This document shows, one piece after another, positions 28,924 through 37,823 of a stretch of DNA of 64,000 bases (within the stretch, counting starts at the first letter, position 1; the number at the start of each line of letters is the position of its first letter). The translations under genes and the position numbers were made by a program. Source of the stretch: Burkholderiales bacterium (GTDB lineage: Bacteria; Pseudomonadota; Gammaproteobacteria; Burkholderiales; SG8-41). The stretch spans positions 17,545-81,544 of the forward strand of contig JAUXMZ010000075.1 in the NCBI GenBank assembly GCA_030683105.1. Reading direction: 5' to 3'. Under the pieces are notes generated by a model. That model searched no databases. It was not told the origin of the DNA and was given only the letters and a program-made list of their open reading frames with translations.

Positions 28924-30138
28924 ATGGCAGGCGGACCGCTCGAAGGCATACGCATCGTCGATCTGACCTCCGTGGTCGTCGGCCCGCTGGCTACCCAGAT
29001 CCTCGCCGACCACGGCGCAGAGGTCATCAAAGTGGAGGCGAAAACGGGCGACCTGGTGCGGGTCATGAACGGCCGGTCGGTCACGCCCGGCATGGGGGCC
29101 AAATTCCTGCACCTGAACCGCAACAAGCGCTCCATCGTGCTCGACCTGAAGCAGCCCGCCGGCCACGCTGCGCTGATGAAACTCATTGCGCGCGCCGACG
29201 TGCTGGTCTGGAACGTGCGGCCGCCGGCGATGGCGCGGCTCAAGCTCGCGTACGACGACGTGCGCGCAGTCAATCCGAAGATTATTTACTGCGGCATGTT
29301 CGGCTTCGGCCAGGGCGGCCGTTACCGCGACAAGCCGGCTTACGACTCCATCATCCAGGGCGCGGGCGGCATGGCTGCATTGCACCACCGCGCCGCCGGA
29401 GAGCCGCGCTATGTGCCCATGGTCGTCGCGGACAAAGTCGTCGGGATGATCGCGGTGCAGATGATCATGATGGCGCTCTACCGGCGCACGCAGACCGGCG
29501 AAGGCAGCTCCATCGAGATCCCGATGTTCGAGAACCTCGTCAAATTCGTGCTTGAAGAACACATGTATCTGAAGACCTTCGAGCCCCCGCTGGGCGAGAC
29601 CGGCGATCCGCGCCTGCTCGATCCGCTGGCCAAGCCCATTCCCACCCAGGACAGCTGGATCTGCATTTCTGCCAACACCAACGCCCAGGCCTTCGCATTT
29701 TTCGATGCGGTAGGCCGGCCCGAACTGAAAACCGACCCGCGCTTTTCCAGCGTGCAGGCGCGCTTCGCCCATGTGAACGATTACTTTCAGGTCCGGACCG
29801 ATACGCTCAAGGCCAAAACCACCGCCGAGTGGATAGACATTTTCGACCGCCATGATGTGCCGGCCATGCCGTATCACACGCTCGACACCCTGCTCGAGGA
29901 TCCGCACCTGACGGATATCGGTTTCTTCGAGATGAAAGACCACCCGACCGAAGGCAAGATTCGCGAGATGCGGCTGCCGAACAAATGGTCGTGCGGCACC
30001 CGCCGCGAATGGAGTCCGGCACCCAAGCTCGGCCAGCACAGCGTCGAGATCCTGCGCGAGGCGGGCTACAACGCGGACGAGATCGACACCCTGGTCAGCA
30101 GCGGCATCACCTTCGATGGCCAGCTTCAAAAGCAGTGA
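28924..30138 (+). CDS. Family III CoA-transferase (CaiB/BaiF)
   Basis: GPLEGIRIVDLT..VVGP...ADHGAEVIKVE, NRNKRSIVLDLK, PAYD and VADKVVG motifs. Confidence 0.93.
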   Translation: MAGGPLEGIRIVDLTSVVVGPLATQILADHGAEVIKVEAKTGDLVRVMNGRSVTPGMGAKFLHLNRNKRSIVLDLKQPAGHAALMKLIARADVLVWNVRPPAMARLKLAYDDVRAVNPKIIYCGMFGFGQGGRYRDKPAYDSIIQGAGGMAALHHRAAGEPRYVPMVVADKVVGMIAVQMIMMALYRRTQTGEGSSIEIPMFENLVKFVLEEHMYLKTFEPPLGETGDPRLLDPLAKPIPTQDSWICISANTNAQAFAFFDAVGRPELKTDPRFSSVQARFAHVNDYFQVRTDTLKAKTTAEWIDIFDRHDVPAMPYHTLDTLLEDPHLTDIGFFEMKDHPTEGKIREMRLPNKWSCGTRREWSPAPKLGQHSVEILREAGYNADEIDTLVSSGITFDGQLQKQ

Positions 30139-30163
30139 TTGGTGATTGGTGATTGGTGACTGG
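30136..30163. repeat. Heptamer tandem (TGATTGG)3 TGACTGG
   Basis: Same unit as 16919-16946; the first unit supplies the CoA-transferase TGA stop. Confidence 0.92.
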
Positions 30164-30316
30164 GTAAAACCGAAGCCCAAGGGGGTGCATTGGCATGAAC
30201 GGAAAACTTGAATTGCCGGACGCGTTCGGCCAGCAGGCGATCATCGCCAATACACACTGCGCCAAAGTAGAGGTTAAGGCATAATTATTACCGTTCCATA
30301 TAAAGGGAGATCTGCC

Positions 30317-31192
30317 ATGCAATTGCTCTGGCGCAAAGCGCCTGTCGTTTTTGTCCTGGTGCTGTTTGCCGCCGCCGGCCTGCTTGCGCATGAAACATCT
30401 TATGCACAAAACAGCAAACCCAAGCAGGAGTTCACGCCTAGCCGCGGGCAGGAAGGCAAAGATGTCATCTGGGTGCCTACGCCGGAGGCGCTGGTCGAAC
30501 GCATGCTGCAGATGGCAAAAGTAACGCCGAGTGACTACGTCATCGACCTGGGTTCGGGCGACGGCATCACTGTGATCACCGCCGCCAAGAAGTTCGGAGC
30601 GCAAGCGCTGGGCATCGAGTACAACCCCGACATGGTCGAGTTGTCCAAACGCAATGCCGAGAAGGCGGGCGTGGCCGGGCGCGCCGAATTCATCAAGGCT
30701 GACATTTTCGCCACCGACTTCAGCAAGGCGACGGTGATCACCATGTACCTGCTGCCCCATCTCAACCTCAAGCTGCGGCCCACGCTGCTCGACATGAAGC
30801 CCGGCACCCGCCTGGTGTCGCACGCTTTTACCATGGACGACTGGCAACCCGACCAGACCGAAACGGTCGAGGGCCGCACCGCTTATCTGTGGATCGTGCC
30901 GGCCAAGGTCGAAGGCACCTGGCACTGGGGTGGCGCGCGCAATTACGAGATTACGCTGCGCCAGCAATTCCAGCAGGTCGAAGGCCTGGCCAAAGTCGAC
31001 AACAAGACGGTCCAGTTCCGCAACGGCAAGCTGCAGGGCGACAAACTGACTTTCTCGCTAATCGAGTACGCGGGGCCCAACGCCATTTCCCGCGAGTTCA
31101 CCGGCCGCGTGCGCGGCAACGCCATAGAAGGCATGGCCAAGCTCTCCAGCGGTACCGGCGAGGAGAAGTGGTCGGCGCGCCGGGGTAACTGA
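30317..31192 (+). CDS. Class I SAM-dependent methyltransferase with N-terminal signal peptide
   Basis: DVIWVPTP, VIDLGSGDG, GIEYNPD, TMYLLP and RLVSHAF motifs; hydrophobic leader ending SYA-Q. Confidence 0.88.
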   Translation: MQLLWRKAPVVFVLVLFAAAGLLAHETSYAQNSKPKQEFTPSRGQEGKDVIWVPTPEALVERMLQMAKVTPSDYVIDLGSGDGITVITAAKKFGAQALGIEYNPDMVELSKRNAEKAGVAGRAEFIKADIFATDFSKATVITMYLLPHLNLKLRPTLLDMKPGTRLVSHAFTMDDWQPDQTETVEGRTAYLWIVPAKVEGTWHWGGARNYEITLRQQFQQVEGLAKVDNKTVQFRNGKLQGDKLTFSLIEYAGPNAISREFTGRVRGNAIEGMAKLSSGTGEEKWSARRGN

Positions 31193-31209
31193 GCCGGGAA
31201 TCACGCCGG

Positions 31210-31239
31210 AAAAAGCGCAGCGCCAGCTGCGCTTTTTTT
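31210..31239. terminator. Rho-independent (bidirectional-type) terminator
   Basis: AAAAAGCGCAGC-GCCA-GCTGCGC-TTTTTTT after the methyltransferase stop. Confidence 0.85.
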
Positions 31240-31374
31240 ATTTTTGAGGCCGGCGCCCGGTGAAAACAGCGTGAGTGGCCGCGTCTCCTTTATAATAATA
31301 GTACAGGTAACGGTCCGTTTCCCGGACGCGCCCTAATGAGCGTTTCATAATGGATGGCAGTCGGAACGCTCAAT

Positions 31375-31405
31375 CCCTCTCCCCGTCCCTCTCCCCGAGG
31401 GGAGA
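31375..31405. repeat. CT-rich/GA-rich REP-like palindrome
   Basis: CCCTCTCCCCGTCCCTCTCCCCGAGGGGAGAGGG; similar in style to 19472-19510. Confidence 0.55.
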
Positions 31406-31469
31406 GGGCGAGAATGGCACTAATTCGCTGTCGCGAATTAGTGAAAGATCAATAATTGGAGTAGAACGC

Positions 31470-32408
31470 ATGTCTAACAGCAAATCCAACGTAGTCATCA
31501 TCGGCGGCGGTATCATGGGGGGCGATATCGCGATCATATTCGCCGCCGGCGGCTGGGATGCCCACGTGATGAGCCCGTCGCAGAAAACGCGGGACGCACT
31601 GCCGGCCCGCATCGCTGCCGGGTTGAAGCAGTTGGGTGTCGGCGCAGCCCAGGCGGGAAAAGTCTCCGCCTACCCCAAACTCGAAGACATCGACTGGAAA
31701 CAAGTCGATCTGGTGATCGAGGCGGCGACCGAGGACCTTGCGCTCAAGCAAAAGCTTTTCCAGCAGGTCGAGGCCCTGGCGCGCCCTGACATCCCGCTGA
31801 CGAGCAACACCTCGAATTTTCCGATCAGCGAAATCGGCAAATCACTCAAGCACAAGAACCGCCTTGCCGGCACCCATTTCTTCATGCCCGCGCACCTCGT
31901 GCCGCTGGTGGAGGTCGTCAGCGGCAGCGACACCGATCCGAAAGTCGCCGAGGATTTGTGCGCGCTCATGAAAAAACTGGGCAAGGCCCCGATCTGGGTC
32001 AAGAAAGATGTCCCCGGCTTTGTCGGCAACCGGATACAGCACGCCATGATGCGCGAGGCCTTGTATCTGATTGACGAAGGAGTCGTTTCTCCCGAGGGTG
32101 TGGATGTCGCCGTGCGTTTCGGCTTCGGCTTCCGCTTTATTGCCTGCGGGCCGATCATGCAAAAGGAAATGTCGGGCTGGGATACCAATTATCTCGTCGG
32201 CAGCGCCCTCTACCCCCATCTTCACAATGAGACGGCCTATCCTGCCGTCATCAAGGATATGGTGGACCAGGGTCACATCGGCATGAAAACCAAGCGCGGC
32301 TTCTGGGAATGGACCGACGACAGTGCCGCCAAGGAAAAAACCCGCATCGAGAAGGCGCTGCAGGCCGGGTTCGAGATCATTCGCAGCGATCTCAAAAACC
32401 AGACTTGA
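31470..32408 (+). CDS. 3-hydroxyacyl-CoA dehydrogenase family protein
   Basis: IIGGGIMG, VIEAATEDLALK, SNTS, HFFMPAHLVPLVEV and PGFVGNRIQ motifs. Confidence 0.93.
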   Translation: MSNSKSNVVIIGGGIMGGDIAIIFAAGGWDAHVMSPSQKTRDALPARIAAGLKQLGVGAAQAGKVSAYPKLEDIDWKQVDLVIEAATEDLALKQKLFQQVEALARPDIPLTSNTSNFPISEIGKSLKHKNRLAGTHFFMPAHLVPLVEVVSGSDTDPKVAEDLCALMKKLGKAPIWVKKDVPGFVGNRIQHAMMREALYLIDEGVVSPEGVDVAVRFGFGFRFIACGPIMQKEMSGWDTNYLVGSALYPHLHNETAYPAVIKDMVDQGHIGMKTKRGFWEWTDDSAAKEKTRIEKALQAGFEIIRSDLKNQT

Positions 32409-35400
32409 GCAACTGCTCGAATTCCAGCGCGGGCACTGGCCGGCTGAACAAGTAGCCTTGCGCCGCGTCACAGCCTATGCTCTCGAGCACGCTCAGCTGC
32501 GCTTCGGTTTCCACGCCCTCCGCCACGATATAAAGACCGAGGCTGTGGCCTAGCGCGACGATGCTGCCCGCCAGCGTTTTCGCGTCCGGGCTGGTCGCGA
32601 TCTCCCGCACAAAGCTGATGTCGATTTTCAGAATGTCGACCGGCAGCCGCCGCAAGTAACTCAGCGACGAGTAACCCGTGCCGAAATCATCGATCGACAG
32701 TATCATGCCCAGCGCCTTGAGCTGATTCAGCGATGGAATCAGCTGGTCAATATTCTCCATCAACTCGCTCTCGGTAATCTCGATACACAACGAAAGCCGG
32801 CGCGTCTCCAGCCCGGTGATTTTCAGGATCTTGCTTACCTGGTCTATAAAATCAGGGGTGCGCAACTGCCTCACCGATACGTTCACAGCCATGCGGAATT
32901 CATTACCCATCTGCCGCCCCCAGCTCCGGTGCTGCGCATCCGCAGCGGCCAGCACCCACGCCCCAATACCCGTAATCAGCCCTGTGCGCTCGGCTATCGG
33001 GATGAACACGGCGGGCGAGACCTGCCCCAGGGTACGGTTATTCCACCGCAGCAGCGCCTCGGCGCCGGTGATCGCGCGGTCGGCAATGCGCACAATCGGC
33101 TGATATACCAGGGACAATTCGTTGCGATCGATCGCCCCCGCCAGTTCGACCTCCATGCGGTGGCGATCGTGCACCTGCTGGTCCAGTTCCGAAGAGTAAA
33201 ACGCTGAAGCGTTGCGCGGGACCAGGGTCATGTTGTTGAGCGCAACCTCGGCGTTGCGGATCAGCGTTGCGACATCGGTGCCATCCTGCGGATAAACCGA
33301 GATCCCCATGCTGCCTTCGGTGGTAATGGTGTTTTCCTGCCACGAAATTGCCCTGGGGAAGGCGGCAATAATCCGGTTTGCGGTGATGGCCGCGTCATCC
33401 ACGCTGCTGACGTCGGCGAGCAGGACCCCGAACTCGTTGTCCCCCAACCGCGCCACAGTGTCGCCAGGGCGCACCATCTCTCCCAGATAATCGCCGACCC
33501 GCATGAGTACCTGGTCGACGCCGGCCCGTCCATACTGTTCATTAATCTGCAGGAACCGCCCTACGCGTATTACCAGCACTGCCGCCACCCGCTGCGCACG
33601 CGCTGCCCGTAAAAACAGCTGCGCAGCACGGTCTTCAAACAGCACTCTGTTGGGCAGACCGGTAACGCGGTCAAAGTTGGACAGCTGGTAGACATGCGTG
33701 CGCTGTGCGATATGATCGAGCCCGAGCCCCGCATCCTCGGCAAGCTGCTGCAGCAATCGCACCTCGTCGTCGTTAAAAGCGCCCGGCATCGACGACCACA
33801 GCACCAGCACGCCGGCAACCTGGCCGTCCACGGTCAGCGGAAAAGCCGCAACGGCCCGCACGCCCAATTTGAGCAATCTCTTCCTGGGTCCGGGCGCGGG
33901 TGAAATAACAGCTTCCTGTTCAATCACGGGTTTGCCGCTGCGCCACGCGCGTACCAGCGGAGTACCCAAAGGCTCGAGCGTCTTGACCATGTCGGGCTGC
34001 AGGGCTTCAAAGTGATCCCTGCCCGCGCCGGCGTGGCCCGCGAGGCGCGACGCCGAGGTGTGACGATCTATCATGATGATGGCGGCGGTAAGATAGCCGC
34101 CGTTTTTAACCGCGATGTCGCAGGCTTGCGTGGCCAGGGCCCCCGGCTCGCGTATGCGCAGAATAGCGCTGTTGATTTCGGTCAACATGACCTGGACCCG
34201 CGTCAGTTGCGCAATTCTTGCATCTTTTTCGATATGCTCGAGACCCAGCGCGGTGTCGGAGGCAAGCCGGAGCAGCAACCGCTCTTCGGCTCCGTCGAAT
34301 GCACTCGGGTTCGCGGAATGCAGCGCAATAATGCCGGAAATTTTTCCTTCGATGACCAGCGGCAACGCCGCGATGGCGCGGCAGCCGAATCGAGAAACTT
34401 TTTCCGCCCATTCGCGCGCCGCCGATGCCTCGAAGCCCTGTTCAATCACCCGGTGTCCGGTTTTGAGAGCCCTGACAATCGGTCCGTCGCGCGGCCGGAC
34501 GGGAACGTTCAGATCGATCATGAGCGCCGCGAAATGTTCCATGGCTGCGCCGGCATGCGCAACAAGACGCGCCTGCGAAGTGCGCTTGTCGACCCAGAAA
34601 ACACTGGCACAGAGATACCCGCCGTCGTCGACCGCGATGCGGCAGGCCTCCTTCAGCAAGGTGTCGCGATCCCGGATCTGAATGATCGCGCTGCCGATCA
34701 TGGTCAGCACCGCGTAAATCCGGTTGAGATGGCTGATTTTCCCGAAATTGTTCTCGTTGCTTCGCGCCATGTCATTGAATGCATTTTCGAGCACGGCGAA
34801 TTCACTCGAGTCGCCGGCTGCGGATATCCGGGTTGTGAGATCGCCCGCCGCGAGACGGCGGGTCGCTGCAAGCAGGGTGCCGACTCGTCTCAGCACGAGT
34901 GTGTTGCCTCCGACAAACATGATCGCGGCCATCGCGCCTATGGCAAGAATCAGCGCCAGAATTCCGCTGACCAAGGCCTTGTTGGCTTGTGCGACCACCT
35001 GCGATTCGGGCACGCTGACGACGACATAGCCGCCGGTTTCGCGATCGCCCCCGATACGCGAGTACGCATTGATGCGCCTCAGCGAATCCAGCCCGACTAA
35101 GGACTCGACGCTGATCTCGCCGCCGGCCTGGGCAAGCGCCCGGTGCAAGGTTGTGCCAGCGATGCTCTTGCCGACCATGGCGTCCGGCGGCAATCGCGCC
35201 ATCACATTGAAGCCGGGGTCGATCAAGGTAACGGTCTGCCCGGGAAGGTAAGCCGCGTGCGTGAACAGCCTGGACAGCCGCAATACCGCGTAGAGCAAGC
35301 CGCGCGCCGCGCCATCGTTTCCCGGAATCGGGAGCGCGAACGCCATCGACGGCTCCCCGGTAACCCGGCCCATCTGGTAGTCGCCCGCCGCGAAGTTGCC

Positions 35401-35805
35401 CGACCGAAGGGCACGCTGAAAATATGACCGGTCGCTTATATTCATTTCAGCGCCAACCTGGCGGGCGTTGCACTGAATAATTCCATCGAGGCCGGTTCGC
35501 CCGAAGTTGTAGAACAGCGCCTCGCCCTGCACGATCAGGGCAAGCGCTTCGGCACAGGCTTTGGGTTCCCCGTCGGTGACTGCGGGGATGCGTGAAAGCA
35601 CACGGAGCGTTTGGTGCGCCGTGGCCGCTATCTGGTCTTGTCCCTCGACAAAATCCCTGGCGCTTTGCGCTAGGCCACGCCTGGCATCGGACAGCGCTGC
35701 AGTACGCATCTGCATTGCCATCATCACCATAGCCACGGCGACAGGCAATGCGGTGATGACCACCAGCGCAACAAGCCGTGCTTTTAATGTCTTAGGCCGC
35801 CACAT
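32392..35805 (-). CDS. Membrane c-di-GMP signalling protein: Cache-HAMP-GAF-GAF-GGDEF(degenerate)-EAL
   Basis: Two TM helices flank a Cache-like region, followed by HAMP and two GAFs. GGDEF is altered to GDNEF. EAL motifs are intact: EALLRW, EITES, DDFGTGYSS, EGVET, QGY. Confidence 0.92.
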   Translation of the reverse strand: MWRPKTLKARLVALVVITALPVAVAMVMMAMQMRTAALSDARRGLAQSARDFVEGQDQIAATAHQTLRVLSRIPAVTDGEPKACAEALALIVQGEALFYNFGRTGLDGIIQCNARQVGAEMNISDRSYFQRALRSGNFAAGDYQMGRVTGEPSMAFALPIPGNDGAARGLLYAVLRLSRLFTHAAYLPGQTVTLIDPGFNVMARLPPDAMVGKSIAGTTLHRALAQAGGEISVESLVGLDSLRRINAYSRIGGDRETGGYVVVSVPESQVVAQANKALVSGILALILAIGAMAAIMFVGGNTLVLRRVGTLLAATRRLAAGDLTTRISAAGDSSEFAVLENAFNDMARSNENNFGKISHLNRIYAVLTMIGSAIIQIRDRDTLLKEACRIAVDDGGYLCASVFWVDKRTSQARLVAHAGAAMEHFAALMIDLNVPVRPRDGPIVRALKTGHRVIEQGFEASAAREWAEKVSRFGCRAIAALPLVIEGKISGIIALHSANPSAFDGAEERLLLRLASDTALGLEHIEKDARIAQLTRVQVMLTEINSAILRIREPGALATQACDIAVKNGGYLTAAIIMIDRHTSASRLAGHAGAGRDHFEALQPDMVKTLEPLGTPLVRAWRSGKPVIEQEAVISPAPGPRKRLLKLGVRAVAAFPLTVDGQVAGVLVLWSSMPGAFNDDEVRLLQQLAEDAGLGLDHIAQRTHVYQLSNFDRVTGLPNRVLFEDRAAQLFLRAARAQRVAAVLVIRVGRFLQINEQYGRAGVDQVLMRVGDYLGEMVRPGDTVARLGDNEFGVLLADVSSVDDAAITANRIIAAFPRAISWQENTITTEGSMGISVYPQDGTDVATLIRNAEVALNNMTLVPRNASAFYSSELDQQVHDRHRMEVELAGAIDRNELSLVYQPIVRIADRAITGAEALLRWNNRTLGQVSPAVFIPIAERTGLITGIGAWVLAAADAQHRSWGRQMGNEFRMAVNVSVRQLRTPDFIDQVSKILKITGLETRRLSLCIEITESELMENIDQLIPSLNQLKALGMILSIDDFGTGYSSLSYLRRLPVDILKIDISFVREIATSPDAKTLAGSIVALGHSLGLYIVAEGVETEAQLSVLESIGCDAAQGYLFSRPVPALEFEQLLKSGF

Positions 35806-36349
35806 TTATTGTGATGCCAAGGCTGTTGATGATCCGGCGGCACGCTGGCCGTTTGCCGGGGCCCGGCATGGATTGTTTACTGGCAATTCTGTGGCTCGTC
35901 TATGATGTTTTTTATTACGAAAAAGGATATTGGCCGACGCAGAAATCATACGTGCGTGGTCCAAAAACGCAAATCTATCATTTTGTTAGATTTTAATTGG
36001 CGGCGTCGGCGCGCAAGTCTGTTGCATGTTGCTGCACAGATGACCATCGCGCCGATCTGCGCGATCCGCGATATGGACTTACTTGCGGCGCGACACCGCC
36101 TTGCGCATGTATACCGCCATAGTCGGATCATGCGCGCTGGTTCGCGCGGCCGGTGTGCGCCGCTACGTGCGCGGATTCAGGCAGCCCGACACGGCACGTC
36201 GTGAACCCCGCTGATTGCCGGGGCGCGCAGCGCGCCATGAAAGCACCCTGCGCCTGCCCGCAAACCGCTTGCTGTGTGATCCCCTTCACGCCAAAGGGGT
36301 ATAGTCATGCTATAAAAACAATTCAAAAACTCGCACGCCGACTGCCCGA

Positions 36350-37819
36350 ATGAACGAATCCGAAGCCCGCGACGCCCTTCTGGTTCGCGCCTATGAAACA
36401 GCGCAGCCATTGCCGATGACCGGCCACTGGGCCGAAGACGACCGCGCCTGGGCGACGCAGGCGGCGCTGCAATCCGTCGGCGAGCAGGCGGGTGCCGATA
36501 CTTTCATTGCATGCCGGGCGCAACTTGCCTGCGAACGCCTTTGTTCACAGGACTCCGGGGCGAAGCAAGTGCTGAGCGCGCTGACATGGAGACCCTGGAT
36601 CGGCTGGGTGCTTGCGCTCGTTGCTTTTATCGCGGGTATCATTACCGATGCGATCGGGCCGGCGAAGCAAATCAACGTGCTCGCACCGCCGTTGCTCGCC
36701 GTGCTCGCGTGGAATCTCGCCGTGTACTTGGTGCTCGTCGTTCGCGCGATCACGCGCCTGTCCGGCGCCGGTTCGGATCAGCCCGGCCCGCTCGCCCGGT
36801 TGATCACGCACGCGATCGCGCCCGCACGCCGCATCGAACGGCTCACGCCGCCGCTTGCCTGCTTCGCACGCGACTGGATCGCCGCCAGCGCGCCGCTGAC
36901 CGCAGCGCGTATCGCGCGTATCCTGCACACGGCCGCAGCGGCCTTCGCCGGCGGCGCGCTGCTCGGCATGTACGTGCGTGGTTTCGCGCTCGAATACCGC
37001 GCGGTATGGGAAAGCACTTTTCTCGATGCGTCCACCGTCCACGCCATCCTGTCGGTCGTGCTGGGGCCGGCCTCGGCGGTCACCGCGATTGCATTGCCCG
37101 ACGCAGCCGGTCTGGCGGCGATTCGCTCCGCCGTTTCGCCGGGCGAAAATGCGGCGCACTGGATCCACCTTTACGCTATGACCGTCGCCCTGTTCGTGCT
37201 GATGCCGCGCGTGCTGCTGGCGCTCGGCCGTTTTTTTGTCGAGCGCCGGCTCGCCAGCCCTTTTCCGTTGGCAATGGACGACGGTTATTTCCAGGCACTC
37301 GCGCGCGCGCATCGTGGCGAAGCAGCTGTGATCCGCATCGTGCCGTACAGCTATCATCCGGGCCCGCAGGCTGCGCTCGGGTTAAACGCGCTGATGGTGC
37401 GCGTGTTCGGCTCGCGGACCGAGGTCACGATTACGCCGCCGGTGGCCTTCGGCGAAGAAGATGCGCTCGATTCCGCACTGATACCCGGCGCAAAGGTCGC
37501 GCTCGTGTCCGCCCTGTTTTCGCTGACCGCGACGCCTGAACAGGAAAATCACGGTGCGTTCATCGACACGCTCGCAGCGCGCGTGCCACAATCCGTGCCG
37601 TTCGCGGTGCTGATCGACGAATCCGCGTTCAGACAGCGCTTCGGCGAGCCCGGCGGCACCGTCCGGCTGCAGGAACGCCGCGCGACCTGGCAGCGGATGC
37701 TGACCGGGAACCGGCTTGAACCGGTGTTCGTAGATCTCGAGCATCACGACTTTACCTTTGCGGAGCGCGCGTTGCGCGCGGCGCTAGCCCAGGCGGCGGC
37801 GCGCGCCGCGCAAAGCTGA
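36350..37819 (+). CDS. DUF2868-like membrane protein
   Basis: TM pairs; WESTFL and HWIHLYAMTV...VLMPRVLL motifs; paired with the GTPase gene. Confidence 0.7.
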   Translation: MNESEARDALLVRAYETAQPLPMTGHWAEDDRAWATQAALQSVGEQAGADTFIACRAQLACERLCSQDSGAKQVLSALTWRPWIGWVLALVAFIAGIITDAIGPAKQINVLAPPLLAVLAWNLAVYLVLVVRAITRLSGAGSDQPGPLARLITHAIAPARRIERLTPPLACFARDWIAASAPLTAARIARILHTAAAAFAGGALLGMYVRGFALEYRAVWESTFLDASTVHAILSVVLGPASAVTAIALPDAAGLAAIRSAVSPGENAAHWIHLYAMTVALFVLMPRVLLALGRFFVERRLASPFPLAMDDGYFQALARAHRGEAAVIRIVPYSYHPGPQAALGLNALMVRVFGSRTEVTITPPVAFGEEDALDSALIPGAKVALVSALFSLTATPEQENHGAFIDTLAARVPQSVPFAVLIDESAFRQRFGEPGGTVRLQERRATWQRMLTGNRLEPVFVDLEHHDFTFAERALRAALAQAAARAAQS

Positions 37820-37823
37820 TCCC

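Noticed and set aside
27952-30180. 742-aa minus-strand ORF
   Set aside because: Antisense to the hydratase and CoA-transferase; its N-terminus just translates the TGATTGG repeat.
35806-36349. Riboswitch or sRNA upstream of the EAL gene; AAATCTA-N9-TAGATTT at 35971-35993
   Set aside because: No recognisable c-di-GMP or other aptamer consensus by eye; the 7-bp inverted repeat alone is too weak. An Rfam/Infernal scan would settle it.
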